The notes: a model not told the origin generated them from the letters alone. A DNA stretch of 64,000 bases from Oscillospiraceae bacterium (GCA_017395085.1 JAFPWF010000017.1:1-64000), one strand, 5' to 3'. Positions 46,110 through 56,581 are shown, counted from the first letter of the stretch. Program-made: numbers and translations.

Positions 46110-47024
46110 TTACAGGAATTCTCGCAGGGCATCGCTCCGGCTGGGATGACGCAGTTTCCGGATGGCTGTCGCCTCAATCTGGCGGATGCGTTCACGCGTC
46201 AGGCCATACGCCTGCCCGACTTCCTCGAGTGTTTTCGGTACGCCGTCGTCAAACCCGTAGCGCAGTTCCAGGATCTTCCGCTCGCGCGGCGCCAGGGTAT
46301 CCAGAGCCCTGCGGATCTCTTCTTTCATCCGGGCTTCCATGGTGATCTCTTCCGGGTCGGCGGCATTTTCGTCAGGGATCACGTCAAGCAGGGTGCTGCT
46401 GTCGTCTTCCGGGCAGAGCGCCGCGTCCAGGCTCAGCGGCTCCAGAGTGTACATCCGGAGTTCCCGCACGGTCTTTAAAGGCAATGCAGCTGCCGCGGCA
46501 ATTTCCTCCTCGCCGGGCTCGCGTCCGAGCTTCTGCCGCAGCTCGTCTGTGGTTCGGATCAGCCGCCTGCAGTGTTCCGCAATATGCTCCGGGAGCCTGA
46601 TCACGCGGCTCTGTTCGGCGGCGGCCCGCTGGACAGCCTGCCGGATCCACCAGACTGCGTAGGTGGAAAAGCGGGTACCGCGGCCGGGGTCATACTTTTC
46701 CACGGCTCTCATCAGCCCGAGGTTGCCCTCCTGGATCAGGTCCTCCAGAGGGAGATCAACCCTCTGGAAGCGCTTGGCGACGTAGACCACGAGGCGCAGG
46801 TTTGCTTCGGCCATTTTACGCTTTGCCTGCTCGTCTCCGCCGGCTGCGGCTTCCGCCAGCTCTTTTTCTTCCTCCGGCGAAAGCAGGGAGTATTCCCCGA
46901 TTTCTTTCAGGTACCGGTTTAGACTGTCATCGGCAGGGGAGTCATCGGGCTCTTGGTCCGGAATTTCGTCTCCCTCTTCCGGGTAGATCTCCGCGTCATA
47001 CCGGAGAACCGGGTCAAACATCAC
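46110..47024 (-). CDS. RNA polymerase sigma factor, sigma-70 family (regions 2-4)
   Basis: Region 2 ([11 protein letters not shown]..., [36 protein letters not shown]) and region 4 ([18 protein letters not shown]). Confidence 0.7.
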   Translation of the reverse strand: MMFDPVLRYDAEIYPEEGDEIPDQEPDDSPADDSLNRYLKEIGEYSLLSPEEEKELAEAAAGGDEQAKRKMAEANLRLVVYVAKRFQRVDLPLEDLIQEGNLGLMRAVEKYDPGRGTRFSTYAVWWIRQAVQRAAAEQSRVIRLPEHIAEHCRRLIRTTDELRQKLGREPGEEEIAAAAALPLKTVRELRMYTLEPLSLDAALCPEDDSSTLLDVIPDENAADPEEITMEARMKEEIRRALDTLAPRERKILELRYGFDDGVPKTLEEVGQAYGLTRERIRQIEATAIRKLRHPSRSDALREFL

Positions 47025-47037
47025 GGTTTCCTCCTTG

Positions 47038-49026
47038 CTATTCCTTCCGGTACGTCCGGCAGGTGTAACCGTCGGCGCGCAGCTTCAGCCCGGGCAGCCA
47101 GTCCGGCGTCTGCCCCATCAGCCGACAGATTTCCTCCACGTCGTCCGATTCGATGATCACTTCGTCATGCACATGCCCGACGACCGGGTACCGCCACAGG
47201 CGTTTCATGGCATCCGCCAGCAGGTCGCGGCTGATGGCCTGGACAATGTTTTCCGTCAGCTTCGGCCCGTAGGTTTCGATGCGGCTCCAGTGCCTGGCGG
47301 CGTCGAGACCGTCATAGGTGATGACCTCGCTGCCGTAACGGCCTTCCTCGATTTTGGCTCTCAGATAGCAGAGCTCCCGTCCGGAGGGAATGGCAACCCG
47401 CAGCATCTGATTCTTATACTCAAAGCTAAGCGGTCCGGCCACGGCAGTCATCCTCTCGGTGACGGCCTGTTTTGCGGCGCGGTCCACGTCCCACCAGAAT
47501 TTCACGATCCTGGGGTTTGCCTCCCGCCAGGAACTGACCAGTTCGTCCAGTTCCTCTTCCGGCGCGCCCATCTCGAGAGCGCCCATGCTTTTCAGCGCCC
47601 CGGTGCTGCCGCCGTAACCCAGCGCCAGTTCGGCGATCTTGCCTTTCTGGCGGAGCTCTCCGTTGATGCCGTGCTTTACCACGGGTACGCCAAACATTTT
47701 GCTGGCGCTTGCGGCGTATATGTCTCCGCCCTCATCGAATACCCGTTCCCTCCAGCGTTCACCGGCAAGGTGCGCGAGCACTCTGGCTTCAATGGCGCTG
47801 AAATCCGCCACTGTGAATTTCTTCCCACTGCTGGGAATGAATGCGGTTCTCACCAGTTCGGAGAGTACGGCAGGTACTTCGCCGTAGAGGAGCGCTACGG
47901 TTTCCTCATCGCCGGCCTTTACCAGCGCCCTCGCCACATCCAGATCCGGGAGTTTGTTCTGCGGCAGGTTTTGCAGCTGGACCATCCGCCCGGCCCAGCG
48001 GCCGCTTCTGCTTGCTCCGTAGAATTGGAACATGCCGCGGCATCTGCCGTCGCTGCAGACGCAGTTCAGCATCGCCTCGTATTTCCGTACGCTGCTTTTG
48101 GCTGCCTGCAGCCGCAGCGAGAGGACTTCCTGTATCAGAGGGTCTGTGCTTTCTTTCATCAGGGCTTTGGCTTCCTTCCTGCCGAGGCTGTCCGCTTTCA
48201 GTCCGCGGCCCTGCAGCCACTCTTTCAGTTGAAGGACTGAGTTCGGGTTTTCCAGCCCCGTCAGGTCCCTCATGCATCTCGTGAGTTTCGCCCTGGCGCC
48301 GGCGTCCATCTTCACGGCCTGCTGCACGAAGTCCGTGTCGATCCGGATGCCCCGGTCGTTAATTTCCTGATCGAGGGCATATTCCTCCCAGACCCGGTCG
48401 GGAACGGGGAAGTTCTTCAGCTTTTCCTGTATCTGCAGTTCCGCATCCACGTCCCGCCTGTTGTAGGCAAGGAAGCGCTCCCATTCCAGCGGCGCATCCG
48501 CCGGACGCGTAAAACGCCGTTCCGCAAACAGCGTCTGCTGGCTGTCATTGCCTTCAGCCTCCTTCGTCATGGTCGGTACGCAGAACTTCCGGATCAGCTC
48601 TTTCCCTTCGCTCAGTTTCTGCTTTTCCAGCCCGAGCACGGCGCCGGTCATTGCCAGCCCCGGGGGCAGCCCGTTGTAGGCGCTCAGCACCATGCTGCAT
48701 CGCCAACCGGCGGGGTCGAGGAAGGGGAGACCGTGGTAGCCCGGTACCAGTTCCGGTTTGATTCTGTTCAGCCAGCGGCTCAGGCAGACGCGCTCGAAGC
48801 CTGCGTTGTAAGCCCATTTCAGCACGCGTCCGTCATTCAGCGCTTCCAGGATCTCTTCCGGCGGCAGCTGTCCGCCGGCCACGTCGTATACAAGCGGCTC
48901 CGCGCCGTCCACGCTGACGCCGAAGAGCAGGATGTCGAAATCCGGGTCTTCTGCGTAGCGGTACACGCCGCATTTGGAGATGTCCGCCCCGCTGCGGGTT
49001 TCCAGGTCAATGCTCAGGGTTTTCAT
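47038..49026 (-). CDS. family-A DNA polymerase with an N-terminal 3'-5' exonuclease domain (phage type)
   Basis: Exo I motif LSIDLETRS. Pol A palm motifs (e.g. [28 protein letters not shown]). Confidence 0.7.
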   Translation of the reverse strand: MKTLSIDLETRSGADISKCGVYRYAEDPDFDILLFGVSVDGAEPLVYDVAGGQLPPEEILEALNDGRVLKWAYNAGFERVCLSRWLNRIKPELVPGYHGLPFLDPAGWRCSMVLSAYNGLPPGLAMTGAVLGLEKQKLSEGKELIRKFCVPTMTKEAEGNDSQQTLFAERRFTRPADAPLEWERFLAYNRRDVDAELQIQEKLKNFPVPDRVWEEYALDQEINDRGIRIDTDFVQQAVKMDAGARAKLTRCMRDLTGLENPNSVLQLKEWLQGRGLKADSLGRKEAKALMKESTDPLIQEVLSLRLQAAKSSVRKYEAMLNCVCSDGRCRGMFQFYGASRSGRWAGRMVQLQNLPQNKLPDLDVARALVKAGDEETVALLYGEVPAVLSELVRTAFIPSSGKKFTVADFSAIEARVLAHLAGERWRERVFDEGGDIYAASASKMFGVPVVKHGINGELRQKGKIAELALGYGGSTGALKSMGALEMGAPEEELDELVSSWREANPRIVKFWWDVDRAAKQAVTERMTAVAGPLSFEYKNQMLRVAIPSGRELCYLRAKIEEGRYGSEVITYDGLDAARHWSRIETYGPKLTENIVQAISRDLLADAMKRLWRYPVVGHVHDEVIIESDDVEEICRLMGQTPDWLPGLKLRADGYTCRTYRKE

Positions 49027-49523
49027 GCCGTGCACCATCCGTATCTCTTCCCGTTCCGGATGCGGTTGATCATGCTGATATCCACGTCAAAGTTCCAGGC
49101 AAGCTGCCTGTCCGTGTGCCCTGCGAGCATGCCGAAGCGGATGCCTTCTACATCCGCAAGGTCCAGTTTGCAGCGCTTCCCGCCCTGAAGGTAGATGTCG
49201 TGGTTGTTTTCCGCGGCATTGCCAAAGCGCAGGTTTTCGGGCCGGTTGTCCGTGGGATCTCCGTTGTTGTGCAGCACCATCATGCCTTCCGGGCAGGGGC
49301 CGAGAAAAGCGGCGGCGACCATGCGGTGCACCTGCTCCTCTTTGTTGTGGTGAATGTAAAATGACAGATGTCCGCTCCGGTCGCGCACCCGGGGCCGGAT
49401 GATGTTGTTTTCATCCAGTCTCCTGCGGCGTCCGCAGTCATGGCAGCGGATTCTTCCCGCCGTACTGGCCTGCAGGATGCCTTCGTAACCGGGAACATCT
49501 TTCCATGTTTCAGGTTCCATCAT
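49023..49523 (-). CDS. HNH homing-type endonuclease
   Basis: HNNGDPTDNRPENLRFG..NNH is an HNH_3-type motif. 166 aa. Confidence 0.6.
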   Translation of the reverse strand: MMEPETWKDVPGYEGILQASTAGRIRCHDCGRRRRLDENNIIRPRVRDRSGHLSFYIHHNKEEQVHRMVAAAFLGPCPEGMMVLHNNGDPTDNRPENLRFGNAAENNHDIYLQGGKRCKLDLADVEGIRFGMLAGHTDRQLAWNFDVDISMINRIRNGKRYGWCTA

Positions 49524-49654
49524 GTTCTCCCAAATAAAAGATTCTCCTACTCACTCCTGCCGCACACAGGCGGCAGGAGCTTTCGGCGTTTCAGACGTTA
49601 TCGGGGCGGGGGAGAAAGGAGAAAGCCCCTTGCCCCGTCCGGTTAAATCCGTAT

Positions 49655-49790
49655 CCCTCGTCCCCTCGAAGAAGAGCCCAACGCAGTGGGTCTTCATCGA
49701 AAAAGGACGAGCAGCGTAGTGACTGAGCTTTCCCGTTACGCCGGGGAAGCGAATGGATACGCAGCTTGTGAGGACGTCATCCGAGAAAGT
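49655..49790 (+). repeat. intergenic structured element, copy 5 (in the replication module, antisense to flanking genes)
   Basis: Same conserved core. Hairpins carry compensatory variants (cccaac..gtggg; gctttcccg..cggggaagc). Confidence 0.6.
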
Positions 49791-50328
49791 CGTCCTCGTC
49801 ATCGTCGTACCCGGCAAAATCAACGTCGGGGGAGGCGCTGAAGCCGAGCGGGGTACCGTCGCGCAGCTTCTTCAGGCAGCGCAGGCCGCAGCCGATTCCT
49901 TTGTTTACGCCCATGTTGTACGCGTAAAAGTTGACGCTCGCTCTCCCGATCACACCGGGGTAGAAGTCCGCCGGGTCGATAATTTCCTGTTTGTCCCGTC
50001 CAATGAGCCTGGGCCTGGCAACGCTGGAAGCGTCCAGGTAGTAGGCGTTCCTGTAGGCAGGATCCTGATCCTTCCGGGTATCGCCGTCTTTCAGGGGGTT
50101 GTTTACGTCCTTGAAATCCGCCTTCAGGAATCCGGCGTTTTCCTCGTAGCAGTGCCGGATCGCTTCGCGGAGTTTCTGGACGGTCTGCGTGTCGCTCTTC
50201 GGGACGATCAGGCAGGCTCTGTATTTCGGCTTGCCGCCGGAGACGGGAGCATACGGCTCAAAGAGGTGAGGGTAAGCGAAAACCGTGTCGGGTCCGGTAA
50301 CTACTACTTCAATTTCTTTTTTAGGCAT
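49777..50328 (-). CDS. DUF2815-like phage protein
   Basis: 183-aa ORF in the phage replication module with an acidic C-terminus. Confidence 0.45.
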   Translation of the reverse strand: MPKKEIEVVVTGPDTVFAYPHLFEPYAPVSGGKPKYRACLIVPKSDTQTVQKLREAIRHCYEENAGFLKADFKDVNNPLKDGDTRKDQDPAYRNAYYLDASSVARPRLIGRDKQEIIDPADFYPGVIGRASVNFYAYNMGVNKGIGCGLRCLKKLRDGTPLGFSASPDVDFAGYDDDEDDFLG

Positions 50329-51466
50329 TTTCTAAATCCTCCAGTTCATAATCTTTAAAATCTTCCGCCGCCGCGTTCCAACCGGGGCGTTTGTCGCTCT
50401 CCGGTACAAGTACCGGCTTTCCGGGTGGTTTCACCACATAGTCGCTCAGCAGTTCTTCAAACTTCTTCCTGCCGAGCTGCCTGGTCAGCGCGGTGATGCC
50501 GCGCAGCTTTTTTTCATACGGGTCGTAGCCGGCTTCCGCCACGATGGCGGCAACCGTCGGTTCATTCCGGAACCGTCTGGTACTTCGCCCTTCCGCGAGC
50601 TTCCATCCGGGGTAGGTGACGCCTTTCAGCGCCTGCTTCAGGGCGAAAGCTTTCAGGTCATCCGCCCAGCTGACAAGGGTTTCCACCCTGGGCAGCAGTT
50701 CGCTGATTTCCTCCGGCGTCAGCTTCGCCGGTTCCTTCAGTTCCTCTTTCGCCAGTTCCAGTGCATACTCCGAACGCGCCCGGCAGCTGGCCTTTACCTT
50801 GCAGAACACACAGTGCGCACCGGCGTGGAATTCGCCGTCTCCGGCGTAGGCCAGTTTTGCAGCGGGTTTCAGCACTTCTTCCGCCCATTTCAGCAGCTCG
50901 TCCACCCCGGTTTCCCAGGTGTCCACGTTGTCCCTTCTGGGCTGATAGATGCTCATCTTCACTCTGCGGATCTCGTACAGGTCGCCGAAGGTGTCCAGGG
51001 CTCCCAGGGCGTAGCACATCAGCTGGCTGTTTTCTTCCGCCTGTACCAGAACCCCGATCCCGTATTTCAGGTCGATGATGTGCAGCGTGCCGTCGGCCAC
51101 AATGACGCAGTCGCCGGTGCCGAATCCGTGCTCCACCCATTTCGAGAAGTCCAGCGTCTGTTCCACGCAGACCAGCGGGTCTTTGCAGGTTTTCTTCGCT
51201 TCCGCGATCTGTTCCAGTACAAAGTCCCGGTAGCCCTCGGCGGCTTCCTGCATCTCCCCGTCGTAGTAGGAGAGGTTCTCCGTGGGATCCTGACAGGGCC
51301 GGCCGAGCGCTTTCTCCAGCAGGTACTGCGCCAGCTCATGGGCGCAGGTGCCCTGCATGGCGTATTCGCTGCCGTAGTCCGGTTCCTCGGCGCAGAGCCT
51401 CGCGCTCGGCGGACAGAGCAGCCAGCGGTGGCTGGCACTGGCGCTCAGGTAGGCGTGTTTTGCCAT
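50321..51466 (-). CDS. DUF2800-like phage protein (PD-(D/E)XK nuclease-like)
   Basis: N-terminal AYLSASASHRWLLCP motif. 381 aa. Confidence 0.45.
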   Translation of the reverse strand: MAKHAYLSASASHRWLLCPPSARLCAEEPDYGSEYAMQGTCAHELAQYLLEKALGRPCQDPTENLSYYDGEMQEAAEGYRDFVLEQIAEAKKTCKDPLVCVEQTLDFSKWVEHGFGTGDCVIVADGTLHIIDLKYGIGVLVQAEENSQLMCYALGALDTFGDLYEIRRVKMSIYQPRRDNVDTWETGVDELLKWAEEVLKPAAKLAYAGDGEFHAGAHCVFCKVKASCRARSEYALELAKEELKEPAKLTPEEISELLPRVETLVSWADDLKAFALKQALKGVTYPGWKLAEGRSTRRFRNEPTVAAIVAEAGYDPYEKKLRGITALTRQLGRKKFEELLSDYVVKPPGKPVLVPESDKRPGWNAAAEDFKDYELEDLENA

Positions 51467-51936
51467 CAGCTTTTCTCCTCCGGCATGTTCAGCTCAATGC
51501 CGTTTTTCCGTATGAACTCTTCCACTTCGGCATCCAGTTCAGCCAGGACGGCGGGATCAGTCAGCTGCGTCAGGGCAGTGGCGCCGCGCTTTACGATCAT
51601 GTCCCGCATTTCCTCCCGGTAACCCATGGATTTCAGCGCTGCCATTCGCTGCCGGACTTCCACCGTGGTAACAACGTGCACAGGTTCCGGCTCCCGTGTC
51701 GGGGCCTCCTGCCGCTCAGGCTGTTCCGGCTCGTCTCCGTCTTCCTTCTTTAGTTCCGGCGGTACGGCACTCGGATCCTGCAGCGGCTCTCTTTCGCCCT
51801 TCTGACCGCTCCGGCGTTCTAGTAAATAAAAGAATGCTTCCAGGTCGTTCAGGGCTTCCCGCGTGCTTGCGATCATTTTGTATCCCATCGTGATCAGATC
51901 GCTCAGCGTAACCGCGGTTTCACTCATAACGCTCAT
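51466..51936 (-). CDS. hypothetical phage protein
   Basis: ORF with an AAAGGAA RBS upstream of the ATG at 51936. Overlaps the next gene by 1 nt. Confidence 0.4.
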   Translation of the reverse strand: MSVMSETAVTLSDLITMGYKMIASTREALNDLEAFFYLLERRSGQKGEREPLQDPSAVPPELKKEDGDEPEQPERQEAPTREPEPVHVVTTVEVRQRMAALKSMGYREEMRDMIVKRGATALTQLTDPAVLAELDAEVEEFIRKNGIELNMPEEKS

Positions 51937-52048
51937 ATAAAGATTGTTCCTTTCCGAGGTGAGTCTCACCGTCGGCCTTCGTATCCGGTTTCGCATTGCT
52001 GCAGTCAATGCGGCGCGGGTCCGCCGGCCTTCGGTGGAATTTGTCCCT

Positions 52049-52153
52049 CTACTTATAGAACCCCAATTACGGCCCGTTTTTTTCGCTGCGCGGTGAAAAA
52101 CATTTTGAATGTCCACCGAAAAATCTGCCCTCTGTCTGGGGTTCTATAAGTAG
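52049..52153. promoter_or_regulatory. 16-bp perfect inverted repeat pair (CTACTTATAGAACCCC / GGGGTTCTATAAGTAG) in a divergent intergenic region
   Basis: Arms at 52049-52064 and 52138-52153, between divergently transcribed replication genes. Confidence 0.35.
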
Positions 52154-52383
52154 GAGGAGTTTTTATGCTCCCGCCGGTCGCACGCGCGTTTCTTTTTCAT
52201 CCGTGTGCGCGGAAAAGCCGCGGCATCCGGCACGGTGCAGCTCGGTGAAGGGCGTTTCCGGTATTTGCCCAATGCATCGTGATTTTCTTCCAGTGGAAAG
52301 TCCCTGCAGCGAGGTACACCGACATTCATCCTCACAGGCTCTATCGGGTTTTGCCGGGAGCCCTATCTTTGAAAGGAGTTTCC

Positions 52384-54633
52384 ATGAACTTTACCCTTTA
52401 CACCGCCGACTGTACCGGCGACCGCAGGAACTGCCTGTATCCCCATAAGACCCCGATCCACTCCGCGGAGGATCTTGCCGCAGCCGCGGCGTCAGATCAT
52501 GTGGCTGCCGCCTACGCCGGCAATTACCGCAGCGTCCAGAACTTTCTGTCCTCCGATGTCGTCGTCATGGATGTGGACAACGAGGGCACGGATGATCCGT
52601 CAGTCTGGGTTTCGCCGGAAGATCTCTTCCAGGAGTTTTCGGACATCTGCTATGCCATCGTACCTTCCCGCAATCATATGAAAGAAAAAGCGGGCAGGTC
52701 CGCCCGCCCGCGTTTCCATGTGTATTTTCCCATCCGCCCCTGTACCGACGCGACGGCCTATGCCGCCGTCAAGCGGGAGATCCGGAAGCAGTATGCCTTC
52801 TTCGATCCCAACTGCCTGGATGCAGGCCGCTTTCTCTTCGGTGCGCCTGCCGCAGCGGAGCAGATCCTCTTTCATTCTGGTCCCTCGACCATTGACGAGG
52901 TCCTTGCCGCCATGACTGCCTCCGCCTCCGATTCCATTCAGGAGGGCCGCCGGAATGCCACGCTTTCCCGTATCGCCGGCAGGCTGGTGAAGCGTTACGG
53001 CGTGACAGAGGATTCCTACAGGCTGTTCCTGGAGCAGGCGGAGCGCTGCAGTCCGCCCCTCAATGATGCGGAGCTCTCCACCATCTGGGGCAGCGCCCGC
53101 CGCTTTGCGGCGAAAGTGCAGGCCCAGCCGGGGTACATCCCGCCGGAGGCTTACAGCCCTGCGGCCCAGGAGTCGCTCCGCCCCGCGGACTATACGGATA
53201 TGGGCCAGGCGAAAGTCCTCTGCATGGATGCGGCAGGGGAACTGGCCTACACCGCGGCCTCCGGGTTCCTCTGCTATAACGGCAGGTACTGGGAGGAATC
53301 CGACGTCAAGGCCGACGGCCTCGCCATGCGCTTCCTGGACCGCCAGCTGGAGGATGCTGCCGCGAACCTTTCCGCCACCCGGGAAGCCCTCCTGGCTTCC
53401 GGCGTCAGCGAGCTTGCCATCCGTTCCGGAGGCAAGACGCTGGAGCGGCAGATCGGCCTCTCCCAGCTTCCTCTGTACAACGCTTTCGGTTCCGCCCTGG
53501 AGTACCACAAATTCGTGCTGCAGCGCCGCAATATGAAGTACGTCAAGTCTGCCCTGGACGCCGCGAAGCCCATGCTGGAGATGGCGCCCACCGACTTCGA
53601 CGCCGATGAAAATCTACTCAACACCCCCGAAGGCACATGGAATCTGCGGACAGGGGAACGCCATGATCACGATCCTTCGGATTACCTCACCCGCATGACC
53701 GCCTTCGCCCCCGGCGAGGAAGGCAGTGCGGTCTGGCAGGCTGCCCTGAACACCTTCTTCCGCAATGACGCGGATCTCATCCGCTATGTCCAGCAGATTG
53801 TCGGTCTGGCCGCAATCGGAGCGGTGTACCAGGAAGCGATGATCATCGCATACGGGGACGGCAGCAACGGCAAGTCCACCTTCTGGAACACGGTCTCCGC
53901 CGCACTGGGGAATTATTCCGGCCTGATCTCCGCCGATGCCCTTACCGTCGGCTGCCGGCGCAATGTGCGTCCGGAACTCGCGGAAGTCATGGGCAAGCGT
54001 CTGCTCATCGCCTCAGAGCTGGAAGAGGGGACCCGCCTCTCCACTTCCGTGGTGAAGCAGCTGTGCAGCACCGATGAGATTTCCGCGGAAAAGAAGTACC
54101 GGGATCCGTTCCGCTTCCGTCCGACCCACACGCTGGTGCTGTATACGAATCATCTGCCGAAGGTCGGTGCGTCCGATCGCGGGATCTGGCGCCGCCTGAT
54201 CGTCATCCCATTTGACGCCGTCATCACAGGGAAGGGGGATATCAAGAACTACAGCAAGCATCTGCTGGAGCATGCCGGTCCCGCAATCGTTCAGTGGATC
54301 ATTGACGGAGCGAAAGCGGTCATTGAGGCAAATTATGTGCCCGCAGCACCGCCCTGCGTCCGGGAGGCGATAGAGGCGTACCGCGGTGAGAATGACTGGC
54401 TCTCCCACTTCCTGGATGAATGCTGTGACACCGGTGAGCCGTTCAGCGAGAAGTCCGGAGAACTCTATGCTGCGTACCGTGCTTTCTGCGCAAGAACAGG
54501 GGAGTATACCCGTTCCACGACCGATTTCTACAAGGCGCTGGATCAGCGCGGTTTCGACCGCAGCCGCAAGAAAAACGGCGTTACCGTGTACGGCCTGCGC
54601 CTGCGGAATGCTGAAGATGACCTTCCGCTTTAA
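52384..54633 (+). CDS. primase-helicase (prim-pol N-domain + D5_N/P4-type SF3 helicase)
   Basis: Walker A AYGDGSNGKSTF and Walker B LIASELEEG in the C-terminal half. N-terminal primase-like domain. AAAGGAG RBS. Confidence 0.65.
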   Translation: MNFTLYTADCTGDRRNCLYPHKTPIHSAEDLAAAAASDHVAAAYAGNYRSVQNFLSSDVVVMDVDNEGTDDPSVWVSPEDLFQEFSDICYAIVPSRNHMKEKAGRSARPRFHVYFPIRPCTDATAYAAVKREIRKQYAFFDPNCLDAGRFLFGAPAAAEQILFHSGPSTIDEVLAAMTASASDSIQEGRRNATLSRIAGRLVKRYGVTEDSYRLFLEQAERCSPPLNDAELSTIWGSARRFAAKVQAQPGYIPPEAYSPAAQESLRPADYTDMGQAKVLCMDAAGELAYTAASGFLCYNGRYWEESDVKADGLAMRFLDRQLEDAAANLSATREALLASGVSELAIRSGGKTLERQIGLSQLPLYNAFGSALEYHKFVLQRRNMKYVKSALDAAKPMLEMAPTDFDADENLLNTPEGTWNLRTGERHDHDPSDYLTRMTAFAPGEEGSAVWQAALNTFFRNDADLIRYVQQIVGLAAIGAVYQEAMIIAYGDGSNGKSTFWNTVSAALGNYSGLISADALTVGCRRNVRPELAEVMGKRLLIASELEEGTRLSTSVVKQLCSTDEISAEKKYRDPFRFRPTHTLVLYTNHLPKVGASDRGIWRRLIVIPFDAVITGKGDIKNYSKHLLEHAGPAIVQWIIDGAKAVIEANYVPAAPPCVREAIEAYRGENDWLSHFLDECCDTGEPFSEKSGELYAAYRAFCARTGEYTRSTTDFYKALDQRGFDRSRKKNGVTVYGLRLRNAEDDLPL

Positions 54634-54663
54634 TACTATGTAAACCGAAAGGAGATTGTATTT

Positions 54664-54993
54664 ATGCTCGAAAGATTTATTGAACAGAAGCTAGTCGCCC
54701 GTGTTCGGCGCGAAGGCGGGCTTTGCCCCAAGTTTGTCAGCCCCGGCTCAGACGGCTGGCCGGATCGTCTGGTATTGATGCCCGGCGGAAAGATTGCCTT
54801 TGTCGAACTCAAGGCTACGGGTGTAAAGCCACGTCCGCTGCAGCTGCAGCGTCACGCACAGCTGAGGGATCTTGGCTTCTCCGTATTTGTCGTGGACGAT
54901 CCCGCGCAGATCTCTGATGTGATAGCCCTGCTCACAGCGAAAAACCGCCGCAAAAAAACAGCTGCCGAGCCCAATTCGGAAGCCCGTCCATGA
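54664..54993 (+). CDS. VRR-NUC domain nuclease
   Basis: GWPDRLVLMPGGKIAFVELKATG matches the VRR-NUC PD-(D/E)XK core. Confidence 0.55.
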   Translation: MLERFIEQKLVARVRREGGLCPKFVSPGSDGWPDRLVLMPGGKIAFVELKATGVKPRPLQLQRHAQLRDLGFSVFVVDDPAQISDVIALLTAKNRRKKTAAEPNSEARP

Positions 54994-56570
54994 GTATTCC
55001 GGTTCAGCGCATCTCGCACCCTTCGGGCACTCGGGTCGCATCACCGGCACAAAAACCGATAGAATTCATTCCTCACGCTTATCAGCAGTTTGCCATTGAC
55101 TTCATCCTGTCTCATCCTGTTTCCGCAGTTCTTTTGGATATGGGCCTTGGCAAATCGGTGATTTGCCTGACCGCTATTGAGCAGCTCATCTATGACCGGT
55201 TTGAAGTGAATCATGTGCTGGTTGTCGCGCCGCTGCGTGTGGCGACCATGACGTGGCCGAATGAGCTCCGCAAATGGGTTCACTTATCTTCGCTCACATT
55301 TTCTGTTGCCACTGGAACTCCGTCGGAGCGCCGTGCGGCCATTCTGGAGCGCTCGGATATCACCATCATCAACCGTGAGAATCTGTCTTGGCTTGTCTCC
55401 TCCGGCCTTTCCCTCGACTATGACATGCTGGTCATTGACGAGCTCAGCAGTTTCAAAAACCATCAGTCCCAGCGCTTCAAGGCCTTCATGAAGCTCAGGC
55501 CGCATGCCGCCCGGGTGGTCGGCCTCACCGGTACGCCGTCCTCGAACGGCCTCATGGATCTGTTCGCAGAGTACCGCTGCCTGGACATGGGTCAGCGTCT
55601 CGGGAGGTTTATCGGGCAGTACCGGGAGCTGTACTTTACCCCGGACCGCCGGAACGGGAACATCATCTATTCCTACCGGCCCCGTCCGGGTGCACAGGAA
55701 CAGATCTACAACAGGATCCGGGATATTACCGTATCCATGAGGGCAATGGATCATCTTCCCATGCCTGAGCTGATTTTCAACACCTGTCCCGTCCGGTTCT
55801 CCGCTTCCGAGCGGGAACAGTACAACACCCTGCGCGCGGACCTGCTTGTTCCCCTGCAAACCGATGAGTCCGGCAGACACATGATCACCGCCGCCTCGTC
55901 CTCACAAGTTCCGCATCCATTCGCTTCCGCCACTGGAGTGCCGAAAGCTCAGTCGCTCCACTGCTCGTCCTCTTCACGTCAAACCCGCTCCGCTGGGCTT
56001 TGCCGTGATAATACCAGTGTAGTGACTGCGGCAAATGCCGCAGCGCTTTCAAATAAACTCTGTCAGCTTGCCAACGGCTGTGTCTATTCCGATGACGGGA
56101 AAGCGGTTGCGTTCCACTCCCGGAAACTGGACATATTGGAGGATCTCCTTGAATCCGCGACGTCACCGGTTCTGGTGGCTTACTGGTACCGGCATGACCT
56201 TGCCCGCATCAGGGAGCGTCTTTCCTCACTTGGGATCAGCTTTGCCGAGCTGACCACACCTGCTGCAATCCGTGAATGGAATGCAGGGAATCTGCAGGTC
56301 GGCCTGATCCACCCGGCATCCGCCGGCCACGGCCTGAACCTTCAGCAGGGGGGTCATCATCTCATCTGGTACAGCCTGTCATGGTCATTGGAGCTCTATG
56401 AGCAGGTGAATGCGCGTCTGTGGCGGCAGGGGCAGCAGTCCCGTACCGTCATCATCACGCACATCATAGCGGAGGGAACAATTGACGAGCACATCCTCTC
56501 AGCCCTTGCCGCAAAGTCAAGCACACAGAACGCGCTCATCTACGCCGTCCGCGCAGTATTGCCGTCATAG
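54990..56570 (+). CDS. SNF2-family helicase
   Basis: Motif I/II region (LDMGLGKS; LVIDELSSFKN) and a helicase-C-like C-terminus. Confidence 0.6.
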   Translation: MSIPVQRISHPSGTRVASPAQKPIEFIPHAYQQFAIDFILSHPVSAVLLDMGLGKSVICLTAIEQLIYDRFEVNHVLVVAPLRVATMTWPNELRKWVHLSSLTFSVATGTPSERRAAILERSDITIINRENLSWLVSSGLSLDYDMLVIDELSSFKNHQSQRFKAFMKLRPHAARVVGLTGTPSSNGLMDLFAEYRCLDMGQRLGRFIGQYRELYFTPDRRNGNIIYSYRPRPGAQEQIYNRIRDITVSMRAMDHLPMPELIFNTCPVRFSASEREQYNTLRADLLVPLQTDESGRHMITAASSSQVPHPFASATGVPKAQSLHCSSSSRQTRSAGLCRDNTSVVTAANAAALSNKLCQLANGCVYSDDGKAVAFHSRKLDILEDLLESATSPVLVAYWYRHDLARIRERLSSLGISFAELTTPAAIREWNAGNLQVGLIHPASAGHGLNLQQGGHHLIWYSLSWSLELYEQVNARLWRQGQQSRTVIITHIIAEGTIDEHILSALAAKSSTQNALIYAVRAVLPS

Positions 56571-56581
56571 AGTCATGTCCC

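Noticed and set aside
47035-48240. 401-aa + strand ORF, and similar long ORFs at 50813-51622, 52600-53508, 59866-61056 and 62878-63480
   Set aside because: Each lies antisense to a motif-supported gene (DNA polymerase, DUF2800, primase, HMGL-like synthase, DUF4037). Low-complexity Arg/Ala/Gly-rich translations.
55870-56040. Possible frameshift/pseudogene in the SNF2 helicase (Ser/Ala-rich, unhelicase-like middle segment)
   Set aside because: The ORF is continuous and helicase-C-like sequence resumes in the same frame. More likely a divergent linker than a disruption.
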